From positions 28,323 through 92,322 of the forward strand of contig JAFGXF010000135.1 in the NCBI GenBank assembly GCA_016936755.1: DNA of 64,000 nt, read 5' to 3'. The translations under genes were made by a program, and so were the position numbers. This DNA is from Anaerolineaceae bacterium. GTDB lineage: Bacteria > Chloroflexota > Anaerolineae > Anaerolineales > Anaerolineaceae. Positions 28,657 to 37,666 of the stretch are shown here, in pieces; positions within the stretch are counted from its first letter, which is position 1, and each line of letters begins with the position of its first letter. The notes below the pieces were generated by a model. It ran no database searches. It was not told the origin of the DNA and saw only the letters and a program-made list of their open reading frames with translations.

Positions 28657-29885
28657 GGTCTGGATTGCCTTGAATAGTGGTTTCGCAGGATGATCGCCAC
28701 AGCATTCAGCGATAATAACATAATTAATAAGACAAGGATAGCGGCAGCTGCAGTATTACGGAACTGGTCCTGGGGGCGCTGTGTCCAATAATAAATTTGA
28801 AGTGGCAGGGTGGTGAAGTTGGAAAAGATATTGGTTGGGTCTTTGTTAATAAAGCTGGATGCCCCAACCAGAATGAGTGGAGAGGTCTCTCCGATACCGC
28901 GTGAGATCGCAAGGATTGCTCCAGTCAGAATACCTGGTAACGCAGCCGGTAGTACATGATACCAGAGCGTCTGCCAGCGTGTCGCACCCACCCCATAACT
29001 GGCTTGCCGCAAAGACATGGGAACAGTACGTAATGCCTCCTGTGTATTGATGATGATGACAGGCAGCAATAGAAGACCGATTGTCATACCAGCGGATATG
29101 ATTGTTCTGCCGGTGGATAGCTCAAGGCCGAAGATAGTGCCACTGGTCAAGGGTTTTAACACCCTGACAAAAATGGCCAATCCAAGAATACCGTAAATGA
29201 TGGAAGGAACACCAGCCAAATTGTCGATATTGGATTGGATGATTTTTTTAAATTTTCCGGATGGGGCATATTCTTCCAGGTATATGGCTGCACCAATACC
29301 GACAGGAATGGCAAAAATACCTGCGACCAGGATAATCCATAAAGAACCAAGAATGGCTGTGCGGACCCCCGAATTTTCTGGTACGACGGACATTGACTTG
29401 ATTAGGAATTGGAAATCAAGCCAGCTGTAAAAGTCAATTCTGGCTTCTGGATGATAAAAGTTGATTTCCTGATGAATTTCGGTGCGATTGAAAAGTGAAG
29501 GGATAAGAGAATAACTGGCAACAACTGTTGGTTTCAGCAATTCTTCGACAACCAACTCTCGAATTTCATCCACTTCGAGCTGATCGATGGAAACATCCTG
29601 TTGAATGGTTCGCCAGCGATAGGTTGATAAGTTCTCGGAAAGCAATTTCATCAATTCCACTTTATTCAAATCCTCAATGGGTTTTGGCGTATAAATCGAT
29701 GGATCATACTCATACTCAATTGCTGCATAACCATAGGAATCATTGATGACATTTATGAGCATTACCATGAGTGCAAGGATCGCGATCAGGATCGAACCAA
29801 GAAAGATCTTTGACCAGTAACGGGCCAGAATTTGCCGTTGTTTAATGCCTGAATTTGATTGATAAGTTGGTTGAATGTAACCCAT
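28653..29885 (-). CDS. pstA: phosphate ABC transporter permease PstA (long N-terminal extension)
   Basis: C-terminal permease core with [13 protein letters not shown]. Overlaps pstB by 4 nt and pstC by 1 nt. Confidence 0.85.
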   Translation of the reverse strand: MGYIQPTYQSNSGIKQRQILARYWSKIFLGSILIAILALMVMLINVINDSYGYAAIEYEYDPSIYTPKPIEDLNKVELMKLLSENLSTYRWRTIQQDVSIDQLEVDEIRELVVEELLKPTVVASYSLIPSLFNRTEIHQEINFYHPEARIDFYSWLDFQFLIKSMSVVPENSGVRTAILGSLWIILVAGIFAIPVGIGAAIYLEEYAPSGKFKKIIQSNIDNLAGVPSIIYGILGLAIFVRVLKPLTSGTIFGLELSTGRTIISAGMTIGLLLLPVIIINTQEALRTVPMSLRQASYGVGATRWQTLWYHVLPAALPGILTGAILAISRGIGETSPLILVGASSFINKDPTNIFSNFTTLPLQIYYWTQRPQDQFRNTAAAAILVLLIMLLSLNAVAIILRNHYSRQSRP

Positions 29886-30823
29886 TATTCATATACCTCA
29901 CGAAAACGGGATGTCACTCGCCGGCCGATCAAATTTAATACAAATGAAGTGGTAAATAATAAAAAACCAATTGCAAAGATCGCATTATATTCAGGTGTGT
30001 CATATGCAATATCACCACCGGAAATCCGGGCGATATAACCAGTCATGGTTTCAGCTGCATTCAGCGGATTGAAGGTGAAACTGGAACCCGATCCTGCTGC
30101 AAGTGCGACAATCATGGTTTCACCGATGGCTCGCGAGATTGCCAAAATGACCGACGCGATGATACCGGAAAGCGCGGCGGGTAGCACTATTTGAAAGATC
30201 ATTTCAACCTTGGTGGATCCCAGACTGTAAGCTGCATCTCGCAGACTATGGGGAACGGCAAATAATGCATCCTCACTCATTGAACACACCAGGGGCAGAA
30301 TCATGATACCCATTACCAGACCAGCTGATAGCATGTTATATATCTGCACATTGTCGTTGCCCAGTAGAGTCCTTAGCAAGGGCGTTATGAAGGTAAGGGC
30401 AAAGAAACCATATACCACTGATGGGATTCCGGCCAATATTTCAAGGATGGGTTTTAAAAGCCCTCTGGTTCTTTGCGAAGCATATTCACTTAAGAAAATG
30501 GCTGCGCTTAACCCAAGTGGCAAGGCAACCGATATCGCAAAAAAGGTGGTTATCAGGGTTGCGGTAACAAGGGGTATGACACCATATTTACCGATGGATG
30601 GTAGCCAGGTTGTACCGGTTAGAAAATCAACAAGGGTTACATCAGGAAGTAAAAAGAATAAAAGTGCGTCATGACCTAGAACGATAACCAGACTGATGGT
30701 TGATAAAATGGAAATTGAGCCACATATGAATAGTAAAACGTGGATGAAACCCTCTGTCCACCTTGGTTTCCGATATATGACAATATCTGATTGTCTTGGT
30801 AGGGGGTGATCCACAATACTCAT
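29885..30823 (-). CDS. pstC: phosphate ABC transporter permease PstC
   Basis: Permease with ISRAIGETMIVALAAG and 6 TM segments. Confidence 0.9.
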   Translation of the reverse strand: MSIVDHPLPRQSDIVIYRKPRWTEGFIHVLLFICGSISILSTISLVIVLGHDALLFFLLPDVTLVDFLTGTTWLPSIGKYGVIPLVTATLITTFFAISVALPLGLSAAIFLSEYASQRTRGLLKPILEILAGIPSVVYGFFALTFITPLLRTLLGNDNVQIYNMLSAGLVMGIMILPLVCSMSEDALFAVPHSLRDAAYSLGSTKVEMIFQIVLPAALSGIIASVILAISRAIGETMIVALAAGSGSSFTFNPLNAAETMTGYIARISGGDIAYDTPEYNAIFAIGFLLFTTSFVLNLIGRRVTSRFREVYE

Positions 30824-30836
30824 ATGACTCTCTTAT

Positions 30837-30875
30837 AAAAAAAGATCTGGAGGAACAATCAAGTTCCTCCAGATC
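30837..30875 (-). terminator. strong hairpin plus U7 between pstS and pstC (attenuator/partial terminator)
   Basis: 13-bp perfect stem GATCTGGAGGAAC / GTTCCTCCAGATC (30844-30856 / 30863-30875). It is followed on the minus strand by TTTTTTT. The pstC ATG lies 14 nt further on. Confidence 0.75.
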
Positions 30876-30883
30876 GAATGTCA

Positions 30884-31921
30884 TTAATCCAATGCGTCCT
30901 CGAGGGCTTTCTTGGATGCATCGAGATCGCTTTGTTTGGCGGGGAAGTACCCAACCTTAGCAACCAAGCGGTTTACATTGTTGAGGTAATAGTTTATAAA
31001 AGCCGCAATTTGGGGTTTTGATTTAATGATGTTTGAATCTGAATAGATGAATAGAGGTCGCGCCAGTGCATATGTGCCAGCTTCTGCATTTTCCTGGGTG
31101 GGTAACAACCCATCAATGCTTATAACATTAAGCTTATCTGAGGCGTTCAGGTAATAGGCTACCCCAAAATAACCAATTGCGTATGGGCTTCCTTCAACAC
31201 CCTGTACCAGCACATTGTCATCTTCGCTAAATTGGATGTTGGAGACACCCAGCGCCAGGGCTTTGGCGTCGTCGAAACTTTCCACCTTCAATCCCTTTTG
31301 GATGACCCCTTCGATAAAATACTCAAAGGTGCCGCTATCGGTGCCAGGGGTAAACCGCTGGATATCTTCAGCCGGCCAACTTGGATCAATGTCAGACCAT
31401 AAGACGGCGTTGCTGCTGCCAAAAATTTGTGCCAATTGGGTCAGGCTGACATCCGTTAGAAATTCATTCTCCTTGCTGACCACTATGGCGATCCCATCAA
31501 TTGCTACTGTAAATGCGATGGGATTTCTGGCTGGTGTTAACTGTTGGCAGTTTTCAATTTCAGCAGTCTTGATTGGACGGCTGGCATTTGATATATCGCT
31601 TTCGCCGGTACCGCAAAAACGCTTGAAACCTGCGCCGCTGCCGATGATGTCATTTTTAATCTGCCCCTGAAAACCATCTGCTATGAAAGATTCAGCAACC
31701 GCCTCAGATAATGGGCCGACCGTTGAGCTGCCAGCCATATAAATATCTCCTGTTTGCATGGCCGGATCATAAGGATCCAAAGCCGCCGAGGCCTCGCCTG
31801 ATGAAGTTGGTTCCTGAGCTGCAGGTGCTGTATCAGGGGTTGGTGCAATGGAATTACAAGCTGAAAGAGAAACGCTCCCCAGCATTATCATTGCAACGAT
31901 GATCAAAATCGATTTTTTCAT
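30884..31921 (-). CDS. pstS: phosphate-binding lipoprotein PstS
   Basis: Start set at ATG 31921 (MKKSILIIVAMIMLGSVSLSACNS, lipobox) with AAGGAG upstream. PBP-type body (GSSTVGPL, SGAGFKRF, ASRP). The 120 extra N-terminal codons in the track ORF overlap phoR and are rejected. Confidence 0.9.
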   Translation of the reverse strand: MKKSILIIVAMIMLGSVSLSACNSIAPTPDTAPAAQEPTSSGEASAALDPYDPAMQTGDIYMAGSSTVGPLSEAVAESFIADGFQGQIKNDIIGSGAGFKRFCGTGESDISNASRPIKTAEIENCQQLTPARNPIAFTVAIDGIAIVVSKENEFLTDVSLTQLAQIFGSSNAVLWSDIDPSWPAEDIQRFTPGTDSGTFEYFIEGVIQKGLKVESFDDAKALALGVSNIQFSEDDNVLVQGVEGSPYAIGYFGVAYYLNASDKLNVISIDGLLPTQENAEAGTYALARPLFIYSDSNIIKSKPQIAAFINYYLNNVNRLVAKVGYFPAKQSDLDASKKALEDALD

Positions 31922-31973
31922 TTTCTTCTCCTTTTTATATTGATATAAGCATAACCGGGGTGTGTTAAGCCAC

Positions 31974-32012
31974 ATCCAAGGAGAAGTTAAGATTGTGTAA
32001 AGGTTTGGTAAA
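31974..32012 (-). promoter_or_regulatory. Pho-box-like array: four hexamers with exact 11-bp phasing upstream of pstS
   Basis: Minus strand reads TTTACC-aaacc-TTTACA-caatc-TTAACT-tctcc-TTGGAT (hexamers at 32012, 32001, 31990 and 31979). It starts 3 nt after the phoR stop. Confidence 0.6.
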
Positions 32013-32015
32013 AAT

Positions 32016-33782
32016 TTACTGCTTATTAACAGGTCGGGCAATCGGTAAATTAAAATAGAAAGTACTTCCTTCGCCAACTTTACTTTCAGCCCATATTTTT
32101 CCGCCATGAGCTTCCACTGTATGTCGCGCAATGGAAAGTCCCAATCCCGTTCCACTTGATGAGCGGGCCTTGTCGGTTTTGTAAAAACGCTCAAAAATTC
32201 TGCCAAGTAATTCCGGCTCGATTCCCAGCCCCGTATCGCGGATTGAGAAGCAGAGTGCGTCCGTTTTGTTTTTAACCGCAATGGTAATCAAACCACCAGG
32301 CGCAGTGAATTTGATCGCATTATGAATCAAGTTGACCAAAACCTGCTCGATAAGCCCGCCATCAACCTCAATGGCTGGCAAATCATCATCGATATCGGTT
32401 GAAAATGACAAGCCTGCCCGTTTCGCCTGCATTTGCATGCGCTCAACGGTCTGGATAACCAAATCCTTGGTATGGCAGGGTTTTTTATTTAAGGTGACTG
32501 CTCCGGATTCCAACCTGTCGAGACTCATCAGTTCATCAACTAGCTGGGTCATACGATCAATCTCAATTTCCATGTGCGTCAGGAAACGCTTGGAATTAAC
32601 TTGATCATTCAGGGCTCCCTCCTGAAGGGTCTCAGTTATCGCTTTCATTGACGCCAATGGGGTTCGAAGCTCATGAGATACATTGCTGATAAAATCCTGT
32701 CGCACCATCTCGAGCCGGCGCAGTTCAGTTAGATCTTGAAAAAGGCACAGATAGAAACCGGTCTGTGGTTCATCTGGAGGGATGACAATGCATTGTAAAA
32801 AGGCTCGTTCCGTTCTGAGGTCCAGCGCTATGGTTTGAGGCTGGCCAGTGGATACGCATTTCTCCCAAAGTCGTATGATCTGATGATGACGGACAACTTC
32901 AGTGAGTGAACCCCCGGTTGTCTTATGAGAGTCCATACGGAAGATGTGACTTGCAGCCGGATTCATCAGAAGGATTTTCCCCCTGCTGTCTGTGATGATG
33001 ACCCCATCACTCATACGTGACAGGATTGCATTCAGTTTGCTGGTCTGTGATTCCAATTCAGATATGTCAGACTGGATTTTTTTCGTCATTTGATGGAGTG
33101 CATCTGAAAGGATACCCAACTCGTCCCTGGTACTATGAATAGGACTGATAATGTAATTCCCGGAGCTGATGGTGCGGGCAGCATTCGTTAAATCATGTAA
33201 TGGGTGGAGCAACCGATTGATAATTACAATTGCCAGTATTACGATCAGGATGGTGACCAGGATAACTCTAACGAGCATCGTCTTGACGATTTGATTTGTG
33301 ATTGATTTCAACTGATCCATATGTGTTGATAGTCGAATAACACCGATGACCTTGCCAGAGACAGTTACTGGTTCCGCTACATACAGCATTTCTTTGTCAA
33401 GCGTTTTACTATAACGTATCTCAACACCTTCTTTTCCCCCCAAAGCCATCAGGATCTCAGGCCTGGCAAGATGGTTTTCCATCTGGTTTTGATCCGCCTC
33501 TGAATCCGCCAGTACCACTCCATCTGTATTGATTATTGTGATACGAGCATTAAATATATCGGCGTAATTTTGAACAGTATTATTCAACTCGTCAGATGGG
33601 TCATTGACACCTTTTTCCACCAGCCCAATTAAGATTTCAGCTTCGGTTCTCATGTTGCTTACGAGATCGGATATGTAGATATTCCTGGCTGTATCTGCCT
33701 GGTAGATACCCAATAAAACCATGCCACATATGACCAGAATAACGATTGGAATTGTGATTCGCCATGCAAGGTATTGCTTCAT
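32016..33782 (-). CDS. phoR: phosphate-regulon-type sensor histidine kinase (TM-sensor-TM-HAMP-PAS-HisKA-HATPase)
   Basis: Motifs FISNVSHELRTPL, NLIHNAIKFT, DTGLGI, GTGLGLSIA. Located between the OmpR-family regulator and the pst operon. Confidence 0.7.
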   Translation of the reverse strand: MKQYLAWRITIPIVILVICGMVLLGIYQADTARNIYISDLVSNMRTEAEILIGLVEKGVNDPSDELNNTVQNYADIFNARITIINTDGVVLADSEADQNQMENHLARPEILMALGGKEGVEIRYSKTLDKEMLYVAEPVTVSGKVIGVIRLSTHMDQLKSITNQIVKTMLVRVILVTILIVILAIVIINRLLHPLHDLTNAARTISSGNYIISPIHSTRDELGILSDALHQMTKKIQSDISELESQTSKLNAILSRMSDGVIITDSRGKILLMNPAASHIFRMDSHKTTGGSLTEVVRHHQIIRLWEKCVSTGQPQTIALDLRTERAFLQCIVIPPDEPQTGFYLCLFQDLTELRRLEMVRQDFISNVSHELRTPLASMKAITETLQEGALNDQVNSKRFLTHMEIEIDRMTQLVDELMSLDRLESGAVTLNKKPCHTKDLVIQTVERMQMQAKRAGLSFSTDIDDDLPAIEVDGGLIEQVLVNLIHNAIKFTAPGGLITIAVKNKTDALCFSIRDTGLGIEPELLGRIFERFYKTDKARSSSGTGLGLSIARHTVEAHGGKIWAESKVGEGSTFYFNLPIARPVNKQ

Positions 33783-34493
33783 TTACCCCTCGAATCGATA
33801 ACCGGATCCCCTAACTGTGATAATCCGCAATGGATTATCGGGGTCTTTCTCGATTTTCTCTCTCAGCCAACTGACATGTACGTCTACGGTTCTGCTGTCG
33901 CCGCTGAATTCCCAGCCCCACACATTTTCAAGTATTTGACTACGGCTGAGGATGTGGCGCTTGTGATTTAAAAAGTAAAGTAGCAAATCATATTCTTTCG
34001 GAGGAAGATTTAGTATGAGTTCATCAAGAGAAACCTCATGCCGACTTTGATCTATTTTTAAGTTACCGCTGATGATTGCATTATCACATTTATCCTTGGA
34101 TGATTTCTGGTTCATTGTTTCTGTCATCAATCGTACCCGACGTAGGAGAGCCTTTACCCTGGCCATCAATTCGCGCATGCTGAATGGCTTGGAGATATAA
34201 TCATCTGCACCGACTTCCAATCCAACCACCCGGTCAATTTCATCGGACCTGGCAGTTAACATAATGATGGGGGTATTCATCTCCTGCCTCAGTGTGCGGC
34301 ATACTTCAAAGCCATCCATGACAGGCAGCATCACATCCAGAATGATCAAATCCGGAAGGAAGCTGTAAGCTTTATCGATAGCTGTTTTGCCATCTGATGC
34401 AGTTTCAATCACATAACCTTGTTTTTCGAGGTTATAGCTCAGGGTTTCCTGCAGTGGGATTTCATCCTCAACCACCAATATCTTTTCTGCCAT
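33783..34493 (-). CDS. phoB: OmpR/PhoB family response regulator
   Basis: Receiver domain ([20 protein letters not shown]) and winged-helix output ([14 protein letters not shown]). Its stop abuts the phoR start. Confidence 0.75.
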   Translation of the reverse strand: MAEKILVVEDEIPLQETLSYNLEKQGYVIETASDGKTAIDKAYSFLPDLIILDVMLPVMDGFEVCRTLRQEMNTPIIMLTARSDEIDRVVGLEVGADDYISKPFSMRELMARVKALLRRVRLMTETMNQKSSKDKCDNAIISGNLKIDQSRHEVSLDELILNLPPKEYDLLLYFLNHKRHILSRSQILENVWGWEFSGDSRTVDVHVSWLREKIEKDPDNPLRIITVRGSGYRFEG

Positions 34494-35703
34494 GTTTCCT
34501 CATTGATTCAATAAATCCCGAAAATTGCCCGGCGATATCCTGCCGGTTGAAGTGTTTCCGTACATAGCGATAGCCAGCCTGTCCCATTCCCCTGGCCTGT
34601 GCCGGGTTGTCTGCGAGGTTTTTGACACATGCCGCCAGCGCACGAGGATTGCCAGGTTTCACGAAAACACCGCCGCCAGCGGCTTCCACCACCTGGCGGA
34701 TGACCCCATCGATGGCCAGAATGACCGGCTTGGCAGCTGCCATGTAATCGAAGACCTTATTGGGGTAGGTGGTTTTATACAAATCCAGTGGTTTAAGGAT
34801 CGCCAGACAGGCATCCGCCATGGACAGGATATCAGGTATGGCCTTCTTTGGTTGTGAAGGCATGAACATCACGTTGGCCAGTTTTTGTTGTTCTGCCCTG
34901 GCGATCAGTTTGGGTTTTTCCTTGCCATCTCCCACCAAAAGAAAACGGATAGTCTTATCTTCCCGCAATATATCAGCAGCGTCGAGTACTACTTCAAGGT
35001 CGTTCGAAAGTCCATGCGCGCCGGCATACAGGACCACAAACTGGTCCTGAAGGCCAAGCTTTTCCCGATATACTTCCGGTTCTGCCCGGGAAACGAACAT
35101 GGCGATATCCACACTGTTGGGAAGCAATGTGACATCCTTGGCACCATGTGTTTTTACATGTTCAATAAAGCCGGGTGAGTTGACCACCACACGGTCGGCG
35201 TGCCGGTACAGAAAACCCTCCAGCCACTCAGACGCTGTGATTAAAAGACGGTTTCTCAAGACACCCACTGCGACTGCGAAAGCAGGCCATAAATCCCTCA
35301 CCTCGAAAAGAAAACTTGCTCCTTTGAGACGTGCCACCAGCCAGGCGGTTGCCCCCTGGAAGATCGGAGGTGATGTGCCCCACACAATATCAACCGATCT
35401 GACCTGTAAAGCAGTGATGAAAGAAGTCACCATGAAACTCATAAATCCGAATACGCGATGGACGTAACTTTTATGCAGGGCATTATACGTATAACAGCGA
35501 TGGATGGACAGATTTGAGTGTGGTTGCGATTTGTGTGATCTTTGATGCCTGGTAACCAGCTTGCCTGTTAAATAACTGATCGGGCTGGCAATCACTGTCA
35601 CCTGATGACCATGCTCAACCAGGTATTGCGCCAGTTCAACATGGCGTGTGCCACCGGCTTCATCCAGGGTTGAAAAGGCTTGATGGATCAGTAGAATGTG
35701 CAT
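34468..35703 (-). CDS. glycosyltransferase family 4 (WbuB/WcaI-like, GT-B fold)
   Basis: N-terminus [25 protein letters not shown] and C-terminal sugar-donor half ([22 protein letters not shown]). The 3' end overlaps the regulator start by 26 nt. Confidence 0.8.
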   Translation of the reverse strand: MHILLIHQAFSTLDEAGGTRHVELAQYLVEHGHQVTVIASPISYLTGKLVTRHQRSHKSQPHSNLSIHRCYTYNALHKSYVHRVFGFMSFMVTSFITALQVRSVDIVWGTSPPIFQGATAWLVARLKGASFLFEVRDLWPAFAVAVGVLRNRLLITASEWLEGFLYRHADRVVVNSPGFIEHVKTHGAKDVTLLPNSVDIAMFVSRAEPEVYREKLGLQDQFVVLYAGAHGLSNDLEVVLDAADILREDKTIRFLLVGDGKEKPKLIARAEQQKLANVMFMPSQPKKAIPDILSMADACLAILKPLDLYKTTYPNKVFDYMAAAKPVILAIDGVIRQVVEAAGGGVFVKPGNPRALAACVKNLADNPAQARGMGQAGYRYVRKHFNRQDIAGQFSGFIESMRKHGRKDIGG

Positions 35704-35732
35704 GATTTATCTGCATCGTTCCTGTTTGTGGA

Positions 35733-37637
35733 TTATTTCGGCAGTCGCCAATGGGTTGTTAATTGCATGGGGATCGACCCCTTCACCACGAGATGTAAAG
35801 CAAGCGCGGGTTCCTTGACCCCGTAAGTGCGCGAATACCACCCCCAGGTTGGATTTGTTTTCAATGATGTTGTCAACGCTGTTCCTGCCCGGTGGACCTC
35901 CAAATTGAATGCATCATTATCAGGATTTCTGATGGTAAACATTATCTTGATCGTTCCGTTTGGAGTAATCAAATGGAATTGAAGATCGTCAAGCTCCCAC
36001 TCCCAATCCGGCAGTAACCATGCCAGACGGATGGTATGTACTGGTGTGGGTGGTACATTGCCAAACGGCAGCAAATCATCCCGGATCAGCCAACCTGGCT
36101 TATCAGCTGGTTTTGACTCAACTGTCCGCTTATGAAGTACTCCAAGGTGACGGTAGCCGTCCTGTATGGCGCTGATGGAGTGGAGTCGCCCTGACCGGTC
36201 TCGATGCATCTCCAGGTTGTGAATGTTGGCCTGCCTTAACCACAAAAAACGACCCGTACGGATCATCTGGTCTGTATCATCGACGGTAATTGTGTTATGT
36301 ACAGCGGTGCGTGCCAGGGAGTTCTCCCAGGGGGTGGGATGGTTATAGCGAAATGTCCCGGCATCCAACGCCACATTCCATTTGTTCCACCACAGGTCCA
36401 GATGGAGTTGGTCTGCCTGCGAAGGCCGACCGTGGAAATAAGCCGCTTTCAAAAATGCACTTTGTTCTCCGTCTTTCATCGCAATCATCTGTTGCGGTGT
36501 GGGGTTGATGCCTTTTCGTTTTCCAGCAGGAATTACGAATATCGATTTGGCAAGCCTGATAATCGGCCGATAGTCCATGACATCTACTCCACCCAATGGC
36601 ATGACATTTGCGCCATCATTGGATCCCATATTCGGCATGTGTCCACTATCCGACTGCATCATCTGATCCAACCAGTGAGTCGCTGAGACGAGTTTATCAA
36701 CCACATCCTCAGGGAGGATACTGGAACCCTCAAGGTTGGACAAAGTCTTGACCCAGGTGGCAAGCTGAAGCATGAGCCGGTGGTAATTGATACTTTGCTG
36801 AATGTAGCTGCCATCGGATGCAATTTGATCGCGCAGACCCTGGATAAAGTATACCCATCCGGTTCGCTGCCAGCGGGGCGCGTCGGGATTCCCTTTTACT
36901 AACACACCGGCTGAGTACAAACCTGCTGCCTCGCTGAGCAGGTGATTGTTTTGTTGTGAGCGGGCATAGATCAATGTGGCTGTGATCCTTCGTGCATGTG
37001 CAACCAATGCAGTATCAAGTTGCGATGTTTTGTCTGTGGTGGAGTGGAGTGAATCGTGGAAAACCTGCCGCGCGAAGATAAATGCGATCAACCGCAGGGC
37101 AATCTCCTGACCGTTCATCCAATGAGGACCCACGTTCGGTGGATTGGCTTTCAGAAAGAAAATAACTTGTTCCCAGAAGAAGGCCGGATATTTTTCGTTA
37201 TGAGTTAGATGATATGCCTGTCCAAGAATAAACACCCATGAAAAACGTGCCGGCTCCCAGATGTCTTTTACATCAGCTGATCCGATTTCCATCTTTCCTG
37301 ATTCGTAACAACTCCAATGCGATTTGTGTTTTTGATTGAACTGGAGCCGGGTCGGGATGGCGCCGTACAATTGCACTGTTCCCCGGCATACTTCATCAGC
37401 TGTTTCGATGATCTGCCGCTTAATGATGGTGCCGGGGCGGGTTGCCTGCAGAAGTTGGTTTATATTCGTCGTCTCTTGAGTCGAAAACAGGCCCTTATTT
37501 TTAGGGTGGGAATAACTCGATGGGGGCGTGATCAGACGAAAGAAACCACTGATGTTTCCCAGACGGTAGATGATATTAAGGATTATCGGTTTGAATCCAA
37601 GTTCTTTAATCGCCAGAAGAGCAAGTCGAAAATTCAT
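35733..37637 (-). CDS. heparinase II/III-like (alginate-lyase superfamily) protein
   Basis: N-terminal helical toroid region (NNHLLSEAAGLYSAG) and a C-terminal Hepar_II_III-type segment (HGRPSQADQLHLDLWW...DAGTFRY). Confidence 0.6.
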   Translation of the reverse strand: MNFRLALLAIKELGFKPIILNIIYRLGNISGFFRLITPPSSYSHPKNKGLFSTQETTNINQLLQATRPGTIIKRQIIETADEVCRGTVQLYGAIPTRLQFNQKHKSHWSCYESGKMEIGSADVKDIWEPARFSWVFILGQAYHLTHNEKYPAFFWEQVIFFLKANPPNVGPHWMNGQEIALRLIAFIFARQVFHDSLHSTTDKTSQLDTALVAHARRITATLIYARSQQNNHLLSEAAGLYSAGVLVKGNPDAPRWQRTGWVYFIQGLRDQIASDGSYIQQSINYHRLMLQLATWVKTLSNLEGSSILPEDVVDKLVSATHWLDQMMQSDSGHMPNMGSNDGANVMPLGGVDVMDYRPIIRLAKSIFVIPAGKRKGINPTPQQMIAMKDGEQSAFLKAAYFHGRPSQADQLHLDLWWNKWNVALDAGTFRYNHPTPWENSLARTAVHNTITVDDTDQMIRTGRFLWLRQANIHNLEMHRDRSGRLHSISAIQDGYRHLGVLHKRTVESKPADKPGWLIRDDLLPFGNVPPTPVHTIRLAWLLPDWEWELDDLQFHLITPNGTIKIMFTIRNPDNDAFNLEVHRAGTALTTSLKTNPTWGWYSRTYGVKEPALALHLVVKGSIPMQLTTHWRLPK

Positions 37638-37666
37638 GGATATATCCAGTTACTTCAACTGCCCTT

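Noticed and set aside
31922-32281. The 120-codon N-terminal extension of the pstS track ORF (465 aa).
   Set aside because: The extension overlaps the 3' end of phoR and the Pho-box region, and has no signal peptide. ATG 31921 has AAGGAG upstream and gives a canonical lipoprotein signal peptide.
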